This document shows, piece after piece, positions 8,737 to 18,129 of a stretch of DNA of 45,441 nucleotides. Below the pieces are notes generated by a model that saw only the letters and a program-made list of their open reading frames with translations, searched no databases and had not been told where the DNA came from. Position 1 is the stretch's first letter. The number at the start of each line of letters is the position of its first letter. Both the position numbers and the translations under genes were made by a program. The stretch is from a virus. The stretch lies in the IMG/VR virus record IMGVR_UViG_3300029427_000006, one strand, 5' to 3'.

Positions 8737-9703
8737 TGTGCGTCTCCTTCCATCCTGCCCACTCCGCGTAAGTTTTGAACGGTATCGTTTCGCGGGTGAT
8801 ATTGTCGAGCCGCGTCTCATTTCGCGGCGGATACTTGGGATTGTATGACACAAGCGCACACCGGCAGTTGTACACGTTCGCGGGTCTTGCGTTCGGATCG
8901 CCCGGACACATGATCTCGCCCAGCTCGCTTTGAAACGGCTTGTCAACGTCTACTCGCTGCCCGTCAAGCATAGCGTGAGAATGACGCGTATGGTTGTCCA
9001 GCGTCGCCCGCCACTCCTTTTGCAGCTTGATACCCAGCTTCGCCGCCTGACGATAGCTTTCAATGCGTCCTGCATTCTGCGCGTAGGTCATCGCAGTTCT
9101 CGCGTGTCGCCTTGCGCTGACCTCGTTCGCCGTCGTCACGCGCTGCAATCGCTTCACGACCGTCTCAAGCGGTTCGCCCTGGATGATGCCCTGCGTGATC
9201 TGCTGCGTGATCTGCGTATGATTCCAACGCTTGTCTACCGGTATATCCACCTTTGACGGCGGCAGAAGGTCGGGCTGGTCGCGTATAAGCTGCTTGACGG
9301 TCGATGCGTCGTACAGCTCAAAGCCCATGTTTATCCGTGCGCCCTTTTCGAGCATATAGCTCGACCAGTTAGCATTATAGGCAAACGCTTCCGGGGTCGT
9401 GTCGTTGATGATCTGCACGGCAAGTTCGTTGCTGTGCGCCAGCGTCTCCGTCATGTTGGCAAGCATCTGCCGCCAGCGCTTGCCTTGGAACACTTGCCCC
9501 GCCAGCCAATCGCGGTAGGTTTCCGGCGTGATCTCTCCCGCTTCGAGCTGCGCACGATATTTTTTATCATCCCTGCGGAATTTCGCGATGAACTTATCGA
9601 GTTTGCGCTGGATATCAGCCGCCGCGTCGGTGTACACGTCGCGGATGCGCCGCTCTAGCTCTTCAATCTGCTTGTCAGTCCATCGAACCGCCTGATCTGT
9701 CAA
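8663..9703 (-). CDS. Minor head protein, MuF / SPP1 gp7 family
   Basis: NHTRHSHAMLDGQRV...PGDPNARPANVYNCRCAL is the MuF signature. TTG start with RBS AGGGGTGA. Confidence 0.85.
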   Translation of the reverse strand: MTDQAVRWTDKQIEELERRIRDVYTDAAADIQRKLDKFIAKFRRDDKKYRAQLEAGEITPETYRDWLAGQVFQGKRWRQMLANMTETLAHSNELAVQIINDTTPEAFAYNANWSSYMLEKGARINMGFELYDASTVKQLIRDQPDLLPPSKVDIPVDKRWNHTQITQQITQGIIQGEPLETVVKRLQRVTTANEVSARRHARTAMTYAQNAGRIESYRQAAKLGIKLQKEWRATLDNHTRHSHAMLDGQRVDVDKPFQSELGEIMCPGDPNARPANVYNCRCALVSYNPKYPPRNETRLDNITRETIPFKTYAEWAGWKETHNGGKSDRQQRGVSGRAGTRKGAGA

Positions 9704-9715
9704 GCGCCGTCACCC

Positions 9716-10153
9716 CTATTTTCTGCGCCAACGTTTGTTTGCTCCATCCCAAGACAACCCGTTCGCCTTAGCTTCTGCTCGCAAATTGTAAGTTTGCCCG
9801 CTGATAGAGTTCACCTTCGACCAGTTAATTCCGAAGGTTTTTCCATCAAGCGCACCATGCGCGACTTCGTATGTTAGATACTGCGTTCTGTTTGTTTTGG
9901 CTGTTTTCGTGCGTGTTACTGGCTGAGCATACGAGAACGTCAGGTTTCCTTTCCCGTCAGTCGTTGCTTCAAGGACTTCCTCTTTGTGATAGCTGCCGCC
10001 CCAGCCTCTTGCCTCACGAAAAGTTCCCTCGATAATCTGCTTTTTTGCTTTTACGAGCGCTCCATCGCTTGACCCTTTCACATAGCCTGCACCGCCTCCG
10101 CCGCCGGAACCGCCGCCGCGCCCTCCGAACAGCTCAAGACTGATTTCTAGCAC
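9716..10153 (-). CDS. Hypothetical 145-aa protein with N-terminal LELFGGRGGGSGGGGG motif
   Basis: GTG start with RBS AAGGAGGG. Gly-rich N-terminus. Lies between the portal and MuF genes. Confidence 0.55.
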   Translation of the reverse strand: MLEISLELFGGRGGGSGGGGGAGYVKGSSDGALVKAKKQIIEGTFREARGWGGSYHKEEVLEATTDGKGNLTFSYAQPVTRTKTAKTNRTQYLTYEVAHGALDGKTFGINWSKVNSISGQTYNLRAEAKANGLSWDGANKRWRRK

Positions 10154-10784
10154 GCTCTTCCCTCCTTTGCTCGAAACGCTTATAAAATGTATCAACATGG
10201 ATGATATTTCCACGCGCTTCCGCCGGGACGTTGCCGAAGAAAATGACGCCGAATGGATTGAGGCGTTCTAACATTGCATCATATCCGCGCATAAATGCCG
10301 CTTTCGCTCCTTGACCGCGTTGTGTGCCCACGCTTGATACGCTGACAATGGCATTTTGGGGTTCGCCGTCAAAGCACCAATCAAACGTTTTATCATCGCC
10401 CCAGCAAATGGTAGGAATAACGTTAATTCCGTTTAACTGCCAAAATGCGCCCAGCCAGTGTTTGCGATAGTGGTTGTATATCCCCAGCGCTTGAGGAACG
10501 TCCGCATAAATCGAAAAATCAGGCGACAGAACAGCAGCCGAATTGCGCAATCCGCCCAGATACTTTGTAGGCGCATTCCATAGACGCTCAATTCGGTAAT
10601 CATCGACGTACATCTGAACCGCCTCGGTTTTTGTTAGTCTGCGCGACAGGTCATTAAATGGCAACCACGCTTCAATTTCTTCCGGCAAAAAGCCGGGATG
10701 GATACGCGGGATTCCAAATTTTCCTTCGGTTTCGTCGTTTCCGGGTATCCAGTGCCGCAGATTCTCATAGAGACGACTATTCAT
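10134..10784 (-). CDS. DUF4417-like protein
   Basis: Internal ATG with RBS GGAGGAGGAAACCA. Motifs VDDYRIERLW, SPDFSIYADVP and NGINVIPTICWGD resemble DUF4417. Confidence 0.55.
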   Translation of the reverse strand: MNSRLYENLRHWIPGNDETEGKFGIPRIHPGFLPEEIEAWLPFNDLSRRLTKTEAVQMYVDDYRIERLWNAPTKYLGGLRNSAAVLSPDFSIYADVPQALGIYNHYRKHWLGAFWQLNGINVIPTICWGDDKTFDWCFDGEPQNAIVSVSSVGTQRGQGAKAAFMRGYDAMLERLNPFGVIFFGNVPAEARGNIIHVDTFYKRFEQRREERARNQS

Positions 10785-12171
10785 TGGTTTCCTCCTCCGA
10801 TTCCTCGCGCACAAACCGCCCTTCCGTTTCCTCGTCCAGCCGCGCCATGATCTCCGGCACTTTGTCGATGTAGATGTTCGGCAGATTCTCAAGGATCGTC
10901 TGTCTGTCAAGATATGGTGCTTCGAGCATGAGCATTTGTACCTGCTCAAGCTGGTTGCTGATGCGGTTGCGCTTGAAAACAGGAACATCATCAATGCCGA
11001 TCAGTCCCAGAATCGACCGAATGCAGGATTCGAGCTGATTTTCAAAGTCATCCGCGTTCTCGTCAAGCGGTTGATACGCGGAGTTAATCGCCGTTGCGGT
11101 CTGGTTAGATGCCGAAATCGCCTTAGTGTCAAACCCACCGAAATCCTCGTAGATATCCTGCCTGATGGTCTGCAAATACGCCGTCCGCGCGGCATACGGT
11201 ACGTCTTGCGTATACGGCTTGATACCGCCGCCATCGCGCGTATCTGCGACTGCGATATGCTGTAAGAGGATTTGGTCGCGGAATTTCTGCAAATCCTTGT
11301 CATCCATACCGCCGTAGTTCTCAAGAATCCAATAGATTTGCGCGCAGTCCTGCAAATCGTTTGCAAACCCAGACCGAATCAGATCATAGCTGTCAATGCT
11401 CTGCTGCAAACCGACAAGCGTCGACTGATGCAATCGGCTTCCCCACAGCGGAACAATCGGCAGGCGACTGTAATTTTCCTCGGCGATAACCTCAGGCTCT
11501 GCATCGGCAGGCGCTTTTGAGACGGTCTGCTTGTACGCACGCAGATCTCCATCTTTCTCAAATCGCGCATGCCCGGATTTTGATTTAAACCGCCTGTAAC
11601 CGTCTTCGGTGTACAGTACGGCAATCGTCGGCTTAGTGCCGTCAATGCGCCAGTATCGCAGGCCAGCGCGCAGCGTGCCGTCGTTCTCGTCCCATAACGG
11701 CACAAACTCAGTCAGCGGGAAGACATGGATATGATCAAAGTTGAAAAACACGAAACTGACACCGTGAATCAGTGCCAGATATCCAGCTCTGTATAACTCG
11801 GTATCAAACGTCTTACCCAGCTTTGCTTTAGTCCCGCCGTCCTGCTTCACTTTTCCATCGGTGTCTTTGTCGCTCGCGAAGGTCACGCCGTTGCCCAGCG
11901 AGTAGGCGCAGCGCTGCGTATTCAACCTCCGGAAGAAATTTGACGCGATCTTGTTGTTTGATGCAACATAGTTTCGCACCGATACCCCAGCAGATGAATA
12001 GATTTTCTTCACATATTCATTTATGGTTTTGTTTCTCTGATGGTCGTACAGGTTAGCTGTCCGCGCCATTTCAACCGCTTCGTTTTGTTCGTGCTCCGCA
12101 ATCATCTGCGAGATGAAATCGGGGATTTTATCCTCGTCCGTCGGGAAATCCTGCCACGTCAGCAACGCCAT
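10777..12171 (-). CDS. Portal protein (SPP1 gp6-like)
   Basis: About 464 aa directly after TerL. ATG at 12171 is preceded by AAGGAGGTG. The tracked start at 12222 lies inside terL. Confidence 0.85.
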   Translation of the reverse strand: MALLTWQDFPTDEDKIPDFISQMIAEHEQNEAVEMARTANLYDHQRNKTINEYVKKIYSSAGVSVRNYVASNNKIASNFFRRLNTQRCAYSLGNGVTFASDKDTDGKVKQDGGTKAKLGKTFDTELYRAGYLALIHGVSFVFFNFDHIHVFPLTEFVPLWDENDGTLRAGLRYWRIDGTKPTIAVLYTEDGYRRFKSKSGHARFEKDGDLRAYKQTVSKAPADAEPEVIAEENYSRLPIVPLWGSRLHQSTLVGLQQSIDSYDLIRSGFANDLQDCAQIYWILENYGGMDDKDLQKFRDQILLQHIAVADTRDGGGIKPYTQDVPYAARTAYLQTIRQDIYEDFGGFDTKAISASNQTATAINSAYQPLDENADDFENQLESCIRSILGLIGIDDVPVFKRNRISNQLEQVQMLMLEAPYLDRQTILENLPNIYIDKVPEIMARLDEETEGRFVREESEEETNE

Positions 12172-12178
12172 CACCTCC

Positions 12179-13483
12179 TTATGCGAAAAATGGGCTTTTA
12201 TACTCTTCTTTCGGCTTGACAAGCCGCATGGTGCGCACGCCGTAGCGCAGCGCGTCCATTAAGTGATCGTTGACCTTTATCGGCTTGTCGTCCGCTTTGT
12301 CGTCCCAAACATAGCCGTCAAACTCCTTGCGCAACTCCGGCAGATTGTCGAAAATCCGCACGTCGCCGCGCTGCATGCAAACCGCAACGTCGCGGATGCC
12401 GTCCAGCACGTCGTTGTCTGCCTTGCGCACGCGGAAAGCAAGCCGCGAACGCCTGAGCGCCGCGATGAACGATGCAGCAGATGGGTCAATGATCGTCATC
12501 ACGCCGCGCTGCTGGTCTTCCGGCAGGCTCTCGCTGACGAACCGCTCCATGTCGCGCACATAGTCCTCGTCAGTCTTTTGCGCCTGCGTGTCGCGCCCTG
12601 AGTAGCGATACTCCCGGAAAATATGCCAAACGCCCTCGCTTTTGCCCCATAGCAGAGCAGCGAAGGCGTTTTGTGTGCCGTAGTCAATGGAAATAAAAAC
12701 ATCACGCCAGCGCGGCGGCGTGAACGGTGTTTCGAGTGCTGAGGAATAGCCGGGATATATCATGCCTTCAGCAGATACGCGCTTTCCCTCGATGTCCCGC
12801 TTATACCATACGGATTGCGGGTCGTACTGCGCGACAATTTCCGCAAATCTCTCGTCGGATATTGTCGCATTGTCGCGCATCAGAAACAGTTCGTAATTGC
12901 ATCCACCCGGCAATTCTCCGCGCTCCTGCTTTATACGGTACAGGTCGATATATTTTTCGTAGATCGGAGAATTCGGTGCGCTTGGGTTCAAGTCCCAGAA
13001 GAACTTTCTCAGCTTTGCCGCAGCGGTTCGGTTGAACGCCTCCTGAATGAAAGATTCATGGTGAAGGTTGACCTCTGTTGCAATCCACATGCCGTAGCTG
13101 TTTCCTCGGATTCGCTTGAAGCTGTCCGCTTTTCCAGCTCCGGCAAATATTACAATCTTCTCCCCCGTCTTCGTCCTGACGCGGATGCAATCATTCCCTC
13201 GATATTTGCCCCACGTGCAGCGCCCACGGAACTGGGCTTCAATGCCCATTCCGTTACAGTCCCCGATATTCAGCTTTGCCGTTGGTGATGTCGAAGCACT
13301 CGCAAGGTGTATCTTGTCCGGGCAAGTTTCAAGCTCAGTGCAGAAGGCGAAAACATTATCAACCGTCTTTCCGGCTCGAACAGCTCCCTCGGCGATGTTG
13401 TACATATTTTTGCGACAGGCGCGGATGTATGAGAGGTGCTTTGGGCTGAAAACAGGTACATATTTACGTGTCTTCATCGCCAT
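12179..13483 (-). CDS. terL: Terminase large subunit (PBSX-like)
   Basis: Walker A-like AVRAGKT plus nuclease-half motifs. The start is ambiguous (13525, 13483 or 13477). Confidence 0.9.
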   Translation of the reverse strand: MAMKTRKYVPVFSPKHLSYIRACRKNMYNIAEGAVRAGKTVDNVFAFCTELETCPDKIHLASASTSPTAKLNIGDCNGMGIEAQFRGRCTWGKYRGNDCIRVRTKTGEKIVIFAGAGKADSFKRIRGNSYGMWIATEVNLHHESFIQEAFNRTAAAKLRKFFWDLNPSAPNSPIYEKYIDLYRIKQERGELPGGCNYELFLMRDNATISDERFAEIVAQYDPQSVWYKRDIEGKRVSAEGMIYPGYSSALETPFTPPRWRDVFISIDYGTQNAFAALLWGKSEGVWHIFREYRYSGRDTQAQKTDEDYVRDMERFVSESLPEDQQRGVMTIIDPSAASFIAALRRSRLAFRVRKADNDVLDGIRDVAVCMQRGDVRIFDNLPELRKEFDGYVWDDKADDKPIKVNDHLMDALRYGVRTMRLVKPKEEYKSPFFA

Positions 13484-13955
13484 ATACCTCTTCGCGTGTC
13501 GCGTCAATGTCTTCAGTGTCAACATCCGCCAAGTCCATGTCTGCCGTCAAATCTTTATAAGCCGCCGTCAGATCGCGAAGCCGCCAACGCTTCGACATGA
13601 CCTCACGTCTTCCTCCACCTTTCTCAGACTTGATGATGTCCTTTGCACTCTCCGTTCCGATGCTACCGGGAAGAGCGTCTATCTCGCTTTCCAGTCGGAG
13701 AAGCAGCTTTGACCGAATTCTTGCAGCAATAACAGCGTTATTTGCGGCTTCGTCCGCTTTCTGCGCGACAATGCGCTCATTTGTCCTTTGTCGCACTTTT
13801 GTCGCAGTTTTGTCGCGGGTCTCTTTCCATTTTTCCGCTTTCGCCCTTCGTCCGACCGCGTCCTTAGAAATCCCGTACTTGTCAGCCAGATTGCGTATGG
13901 ATGCGCCGCCTGCTATATACTCGGCTCTTATCCGCTCCCAGTCCACCGTCGGCAC
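13464..13955 (-). CDS. terS: Terminase small subunit
   Basis: N-terminal HTH (DWERIRAEYIAGGASIRNLADKYGISKDAV). Located upstream of terL. GTG start. Confidence 0.7.
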   Translation of the reverse strand: MPTVDWERIRAEYIAGGASIRNLADKYGISKDAVGRRAKAEKWKETRDKTATKVRQRTNERIVAQKADEAANNAVIAARIRSKLLLRLESEIDALPGSIGTESAKDIIKSEKGGGRREVMSKRWRLRDLTAAYKDLTADMDLADVDTEDIDATREEVYGDEDT

Positions 13956-13982
13956 ATCTTCGCACTCCCCTTTTTAGTGATT

Positions 13983-14018
13983 AAATGCAAAAACAGGACG
14001 TCACTTATACGCCCTGTT
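13983..14018 (-). terminator. Hairpin with T-rich tail upstream of terS
   Basis: Minus strand reads aacagggcg-tataagtga-cgtcctgtt followed by tttgcattt. Confidence 0.45.
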
Positions 14019-14042
14019 CTTTTATCATTTCTTTGTCGTTTG

Positions 14043-14234
14043 TTATCTCATAAAGGCAGCGAAGGAAAACGTCTTCGCCCTGACACCGAATTTCTTAGCC
14101 ATTTGCTTGCTTTTCTCATTGAACGCATCTTCAAACGGCTTAACCATAGCCTTCGCCTCGGTCTTCTGAATTTTACCGTTGGCATATAGGAATTTGGCTT
14201 TGTAGGCCTGTTCGCGAGCTTCTTCGATGCTCAT
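14043..14234 (-). CDS. Small 63-aa hypothetical protein
   Basis: RBS GGGGAGGGGAATTGAA-ATG. Sequence MSIEEAREQAYKAKFLYANGKI. Confidence 0.5.
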   Translation of the reverse strand: MSIEEAREQAYKAKFLYANGKIQKTEAKAMVKPFEDAFNEKSKQMAKKFGVRAKTFSFAAFMR

Positions 14235-14312
14235 TTCAATTCCCCTCCCCGTCATCTGTTTTCTTGCTTATATCTTAAGGCAACGCGGCGGAAATGTCGA
14301 GGAGTTTTTTAA

Positions 14313-14942
14313 TTATTCTTCTGTTTCTTCATCAAAAACAAAATCGTAAGGTTCGAGATTTATATTTTTGTTATTGCCTCTGATGAAAACAAGAACATTC
14401 TGATGTGTTCTAACGACCTTTCTTCCGTTTTTGAATTGAAGATCGGCTCGCAAGGCTGCTGTTGCAACGGGATCAATTTTTACAATGTCATTGTAAAGAG
14501 AGCAGCCAGCATCGTTGAAAGCTTTGATCGTGTCCGAATAGAACCCTCGATATATCCCCTTTTTGTCCCTTATGTCGCTGATTACAACCGCGCAATAAGC
14601 ATCATTTTTCAGCAAGGAAACTGTTCTGCTGATGATTTTTGAATATGTCGAAATAAAATTTTCGTAAGTCATGTTCGAAATATCTTTGGGATCGTCAGAA
14701 TATTTTTCGAGGTCTCCGTATGGTGGGCACATCAGAAGAAAGTCAAATCCGCTTTGATTTACAATCCCCTTTATATCCATGCTGTCTCCACAATGCCACG
14801 TCGGCTTGTTTTCCATTTGGCAAGCAGACGGGTCTATACGGATCAGCTTTTCGAGCGCTTTGTTATTTTCGTCAATCTGCTCCTGCCGCAGATCAACGCC
14901 AGTATAATAATCTCCAAGGTACATGCTGACGAGGCCGCGCAC
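14313..14942 (-). CDS. DNA (amino) methyltransferase, catalytic part downstream of a frameshift
   Basis: CPPY (motif IV) and GDS are present. The frame continues upstream as IIDPFAGGNVRG (motif I) if one G of the G8 run is removed. Confidence 0.8.
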   Translation of the reverse strand: MRGLVSMYLGDYYTGVDLRQEQIDENNKALEKLIRIDPSACQMENKPTWHCGDSMDIKGIVNQSGFDFLLMCPPYGDLEKYSDDPKDISNMTYENFISTYSKIISRTVSLLKNDAYCAVVISDIRDKKGIYRGFYSDTIKAFNDAGCSLYNDIVKIDPVATAALRADLQFKNGRKVVRTHQNVLVFIRGNNKNINLEPYDFVFDEETEE

Positions 14943-14961
14943 ATTTCCGCCAGCAAACGGG

Positions 14962-15642
14962 TCAATAATTCGCCCCCCCCTTTGGGCAAAACCAGCGAAT
15001 CATGAGCTCACATAATACAGGATCAAATTCGCTCGTTCCATTAAGGGAGGAACATCCAGATTTTTCTGCGAGGTCTTTAAACCCGCCGATCAGGTCTTCA
15101 TTTCGTCCATCTCGAGAATCCGCTCCAAAGATATCATGCCAGAGATTTTTTCTTTTTTGCCATGCCCCAGATCGACCGTCAAGAATACTAAATGGCGGAA
15201 ACACATATTTTTCTGATAGCGTCGGCCTTTCGCCGTCCAATTCACGCCACTTGGATTCCGAATTTAGAGAATCGCCCAAATCGTCATCGAACCCAAACTG
15301 CCCCATGTCGAAATCTTGGAGATCAAGCAATTCCTCGGAAAGCAGATCAGCGTCCCACTCCGCAAGCTCGCTTGTCTTATTGTCCGCCAGCCTGTACGCC
15401 TTGACCTGTTCTTCGGTCAGGTTGTCCGCGTATACAACAGGCACTTCCTTGCATTTCAGCTTTTTCGCGGCTTTGTATCGGGTATGCCCGGCAATGATAA
15501 CTCCGTCCTTGTCAACGACGATGGGCTGCTGCCAGCCGAACTCTTTAATCGACGCGGCGACAGCATCAACCGCGCTATCGTTTCTGCGCGGGTTCTTTTC
15601 GTATGGTCGGATTTCCGACAGTTTGACGCGCTTGATCTCCAT
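14962..15642 (-). CDS. ParB-like N-terminal domain protein, the N-terminal part of a ParB-methyltransferase fusion
   Basis: IRPYEKNPRRND...GHTRYKAA is the ParB-N signature. The ORF ends just after the G8 run (..CPKGGANY*). Confidence 0.8.
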   Translation of the reverse strand: MEIKRVKLSEIRPYEKNPRRNDSAVDAVAASIKEFGWQQPIVVDKDGVIIAGHTRYKAAKKLKCKEVPVVYADNLTEEQVKAYRLADNKTSELAEWDADLLSEELLDLQDFDMGQFGFDDDLGDSLNSESKWRELDGERPTLSEKYVFPPFSILDGRSGAWQKRKNLWHDIFGADSRDGRNEDLIGGFKDLAEKSGCSSLNGTSEFDPVLCELMIRWFCPKGGANY

Positions 15643-15750
15643 GATTTTGCCCCCTGCACATCCTCCTGAATCAGCATAAGCAACGCCGCTCCCACTCTAC
15701 GTCCCTGTTGCGTTGCGTCCCGATCTGCGCCGGAGGTAAAGCGCAAATCA

Positions 15751-15784
15751 CCCCAAAACAAAAGCCGTGGCGTTCGCCGCGGCT
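15751..15784 (-). terminator. Rho-independent terminator after the regulator gene
   Basis: Minus strand reads agccgcgg-cgaacg-ccacggct followed by tttgttttgggg. Confidence 0.5.
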
Positions 15785-15887
15785 TTGCTGCTGATTATAG
15801 CCCAGCGTCCTGCGCTTTGCGCTCTCCGCTGAGTTTAATGTTATCACACGGTCGCACTCTATGTGTAGCTCCGACCGCTCTATAAGT

Positions 15888-16319
15888 CTACTGCAAGTCG
15901 CCTATAATCTCCCTCTTGTACGCCCAGCCCGTACTTTCAGCCAGCCCTTGACGCGCCGTCGCTTCAGTGACAGACAATCCCTCGATAAAATACGCCTTGC
16001 AAAACTCTCGTACTCGACTAACCTTCTCAAGTGTTTCGATTTGCAGCACAATCTTGTCGATCACCTCAAGCGCCGCAGAAATCGCCGTAAGATAGGCCAT
16101 GCTCGCGGCTTGCAGCGCCTCGAAAGCCTTGTCACGCCGTATGACATAGGCTTCAAGCCCTGCACCGCTGGACGAGCCGGACGGCATGCCCGTGAGCTTT
16201 TGTGCCGTCAGATAGGCGGCTTTCTCTTCCTCGTAGGCTTCCTCCGTCCTCATGTACGCCTTGCGCTTTTTCCGCGTGTCAAGCAGCGTGCGCTTGTCCG
16301 CTTCTGTCAACTGCATCAT
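15888..16319 (-). CDS. Putative late-gene transcriptional regulator (ArpU/RinA/sigma region 4-like)
   Basis: 143 aa. C-terminal HTH-like VREFCKAYFIEGLSVTEATARQGLAESTG. Located just upstream of the packaging genes. Confidence 0.45.
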   Translation of the reverse strand: MMQLTEADKRTLLDTRKKRKAYMRTEEAYEEEKAAYLTAQKLTGMPSGSSSGAGLEAYVIRRDKAFEALQAASMAYLTAISAALEVIDKIVLQIETLEKVSRVREFCKAYFIEGLSVTEATARQGLAESTGWAYKREIIGDLQ

Positions 16320-16371
16320 TAACCTCCTTTTTGCGCCTTTCTCTGAAACTTCAACCAGCGCTCATGGCGCG

Positions 16372-16980
16372 TCATTCATGGCTATCACCTGCCCACGGCG
16401 TTTCCCGCCTTTCCGCTTCCGTCGGCTTGCGCAGCCAGCAGCGCCAGAAATCGTTATAAGACGCATTCTTCCGATAAAATTCATCTCCGCAACGATCTAC
16501 TAGCTTTGTGAAATCGGGCTCACATCGTCCCCATCCCAGAATAACTACTTGTGCTCTCGTCCTTAGGCGGTCGTCGTACCACATGACCTCGCTTTTTGCA
16601 ACCTCTTCCAGCGTCAGCACGCGGTTTGACATCGCGTCCTCATGCTTCCGTAGCCTGTCACGCAGATGCCCATATCCACTAAGCGCCGCGTATACCGTTG
16701 CAACGGGGCAGTTATCAAAGACACAACCGGAGAGAAGCTCATCCTTTTCCTCGTCGGTCATGGTCTGGTCTGCAAATGCCGAACATCCAAACTCCGGACA
16801 AAGCTTTTTGAAGCAGAAATCCGTAATAGGCATACCATCCGTGCCATCTTCACTGTAACGGATGTAGCTCCACCCGTCTTTCCCGTAGACCAAATTGAGC
16901 ATCACCTCGAAATTGCCTTTCGGGTTGTCCGTTACCATTTTCGGCAAATCGAAAACGGATTTCTTTTGATTCTCATTCAT
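16372..16980 (-). CDS. Hypothetical protein with C-terminal NRVLTLEE...WRCWLRKPT..ETPW module
   Basis: ATG at 16980 overlaps the upstream stop (ATGA) and follows GGAGGAAAAGCC. The C-terminal module is shared with 18126..18578. Confidence 0.6.
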   Translation of the reverse strand: MNENQKKSVFDLPKMVTDNPKGNFEVMLNLVYGKDGWSYIRYSEDGTDGMPITDFCFKKLCPEFGCSAFADQTMTDEEKDELLSGCVFDNCPVATVYAALSGYGHLRDRLRKHEDAMSNRVLTLEEVAKSEVMWYDDRLRTRAQVVILGWGRCEPDFTKLVDRCGDEFYRKNASYNDFWRCWLRKPTEAERRETPWAGDSHE

Positions 16981-17300
16981 GGCTTTTCCTCCTTCGGCGG
17001 TTCGGGCTTCTGCGCGTCCTTCTCCGCCGCCAGCTTTTCGAGCATGTCGGCGGCTTGCGGATTTATGATGCTTCCGCAGTCGTAAAACCCATAAAGTGCG
17101 CAACCTGTGCAACTCGCGCTACCGCAGAGCCTCAGCGCCTTGACCAGCTCTTCCACGCTTAACTGCGGAATTTCGGTCTGCTTTTCGGCGTACTTGCACA
17201 CCTCCGGGAACTCGCTCGTCGGGCACCAATCGCCGCAATACGGACACTCGCCATTGGTGCAGACCCTCTCAAACTCGGTATAGTACCATTTACATTCCAT
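16977..17300 (-). CDS. Cys-rich protein (CKWY...VCTNGECPY module), paralog of 19817..20131
   Basis: RBS GGAGGAAATGGTGG-ATG. Both ends are shared with its paralog, including AADMLEKLAAEKDAQKPEPPKEEK. Confidence 0.6.
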   Translation of the reverse strand: MECKWYYTEFERVCTNGECPYCGDWCPTSEFPEVCKYAEKQTEIPQLSVEELVKALRLCGSASCTGCALYGFYDCGSIINPQAADMLEKLAAEKDAQKPEPPKEEKP

Positions 17301-17522
17301 CCACCATTTCCTCCGTTTCATCGAAAATCCCAAGCTGCAACTCGTCGTTTGATTGGCAACATCGGTCACACCTCATCTTTTTTCACCCCCTTCTTTTTTA
17401 GCTGTCTATCATCTGCTTCTTTAAGTGCAGAGAACACCATGCAGTAGATACTCCGGGCGTAGTCGGTGTTCACCGGAATCATTGGGGCGACAAAGTGCCA
17501 GCAGTCCATGTAAGTTATTTCG

Positions 17523-17915
17523 TTATCCATTTTCATCCTCCAAATCCATTTTTCCCCCGCAGTTGGGGCAGTAATTCAAGCTATGCCCACCACGTCTGCC
17601 TTCTTCGTAGCACAAGGCATTTCTGGTGTTCCACCAGCCACAGATAGAGCATTTGTCGTGGCTATACGCCGGGTATTTTGGATTCTTAACGCTTTCCCAC
17701 CGTCCATGAACCACCGGCGCAACGTCGGCGGCGGGAGCATCTTCAATATCACGCAGCACCTTTGCTGCTTGCAAATATGCAATTTCCGCGCTATTATCGG
17801 CGAAAACGTCTCTTGTGTAGAAAGCCCCATGGTACCGTTCTGTATTCTCGATCGCCCTCGCCCCGGCATTGGCGGCAAGGATAATCTCCGATGTCCGTTC
17901 GATGTATTCACTCAT
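17523..17915 (-). CDS. Zn-ribbon protein (VVHGRW...CSICG...YCPNCGGKM)
   Basis: RBS GGAGGGCTGGCG-ATG. Two CxxC pairs. Confidence 0.6.
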   Translation of the reverse strand: MSEYIERTSEIILAANAGARAIENTERYHGAFYTRDVFADNSAEIAYLQAAKVLRDIEDAPAADVAPVVHGRWESVKNPKYPAYSHDKCSICGWWNTRNALCYEEGRRGGHSLNYCPNCGGKMDLEDENG

Positions 17916-18129
17916 CGCCAGCCCTCCAAACGTCCACAAACTGCTTTTCCACGGTCACGGTAACAAAAGATTCACCAAACTCGTCTGTCAATACATCCTT
18001 TATTTTTCCTGTCATTTGATTTTTATAAGCATCCCGCAATTGTTCGAATGTTTTCAGATGTGGCGTATTCTCATCGACATCCATCTCGATAACGACCTGA
18101 GCCACATAGCGTCCTTTAATCCTGCTCAT
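17908..18129 (-). CDS. Hypothetical 73-aa protein
   Basis: ATGA overlap with the upstream stop. RBS GGAGGTG. Confidence 0.5.
   Translation of the reverse strand: MSRIKGRYVAQVVIEMDVDENTPHLKTFEQLRDAYKNQMTGKIKDVLTDEFGESFVTVTVEKQFVDVWRAGDE

Noticed and set aside
15794-15799. A TATAAT box on the minus strand downstream of the regulator gene, as a possible late promoter.
   Set aside because: It has no acceptable -35 or extended -10. It sits immediately before the terminator hairpin, so a transcript would start inside the terminator.
17362-17509. A 49-aa minus-strand ORF (MDCWHFVAPMIPVNTDYARS...) filling the gap between two early genes.
   Set aside because: It has no Shine-Dalgarno sequence, unlike virtually every other gene here. 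It is below the size at which composition is informative.
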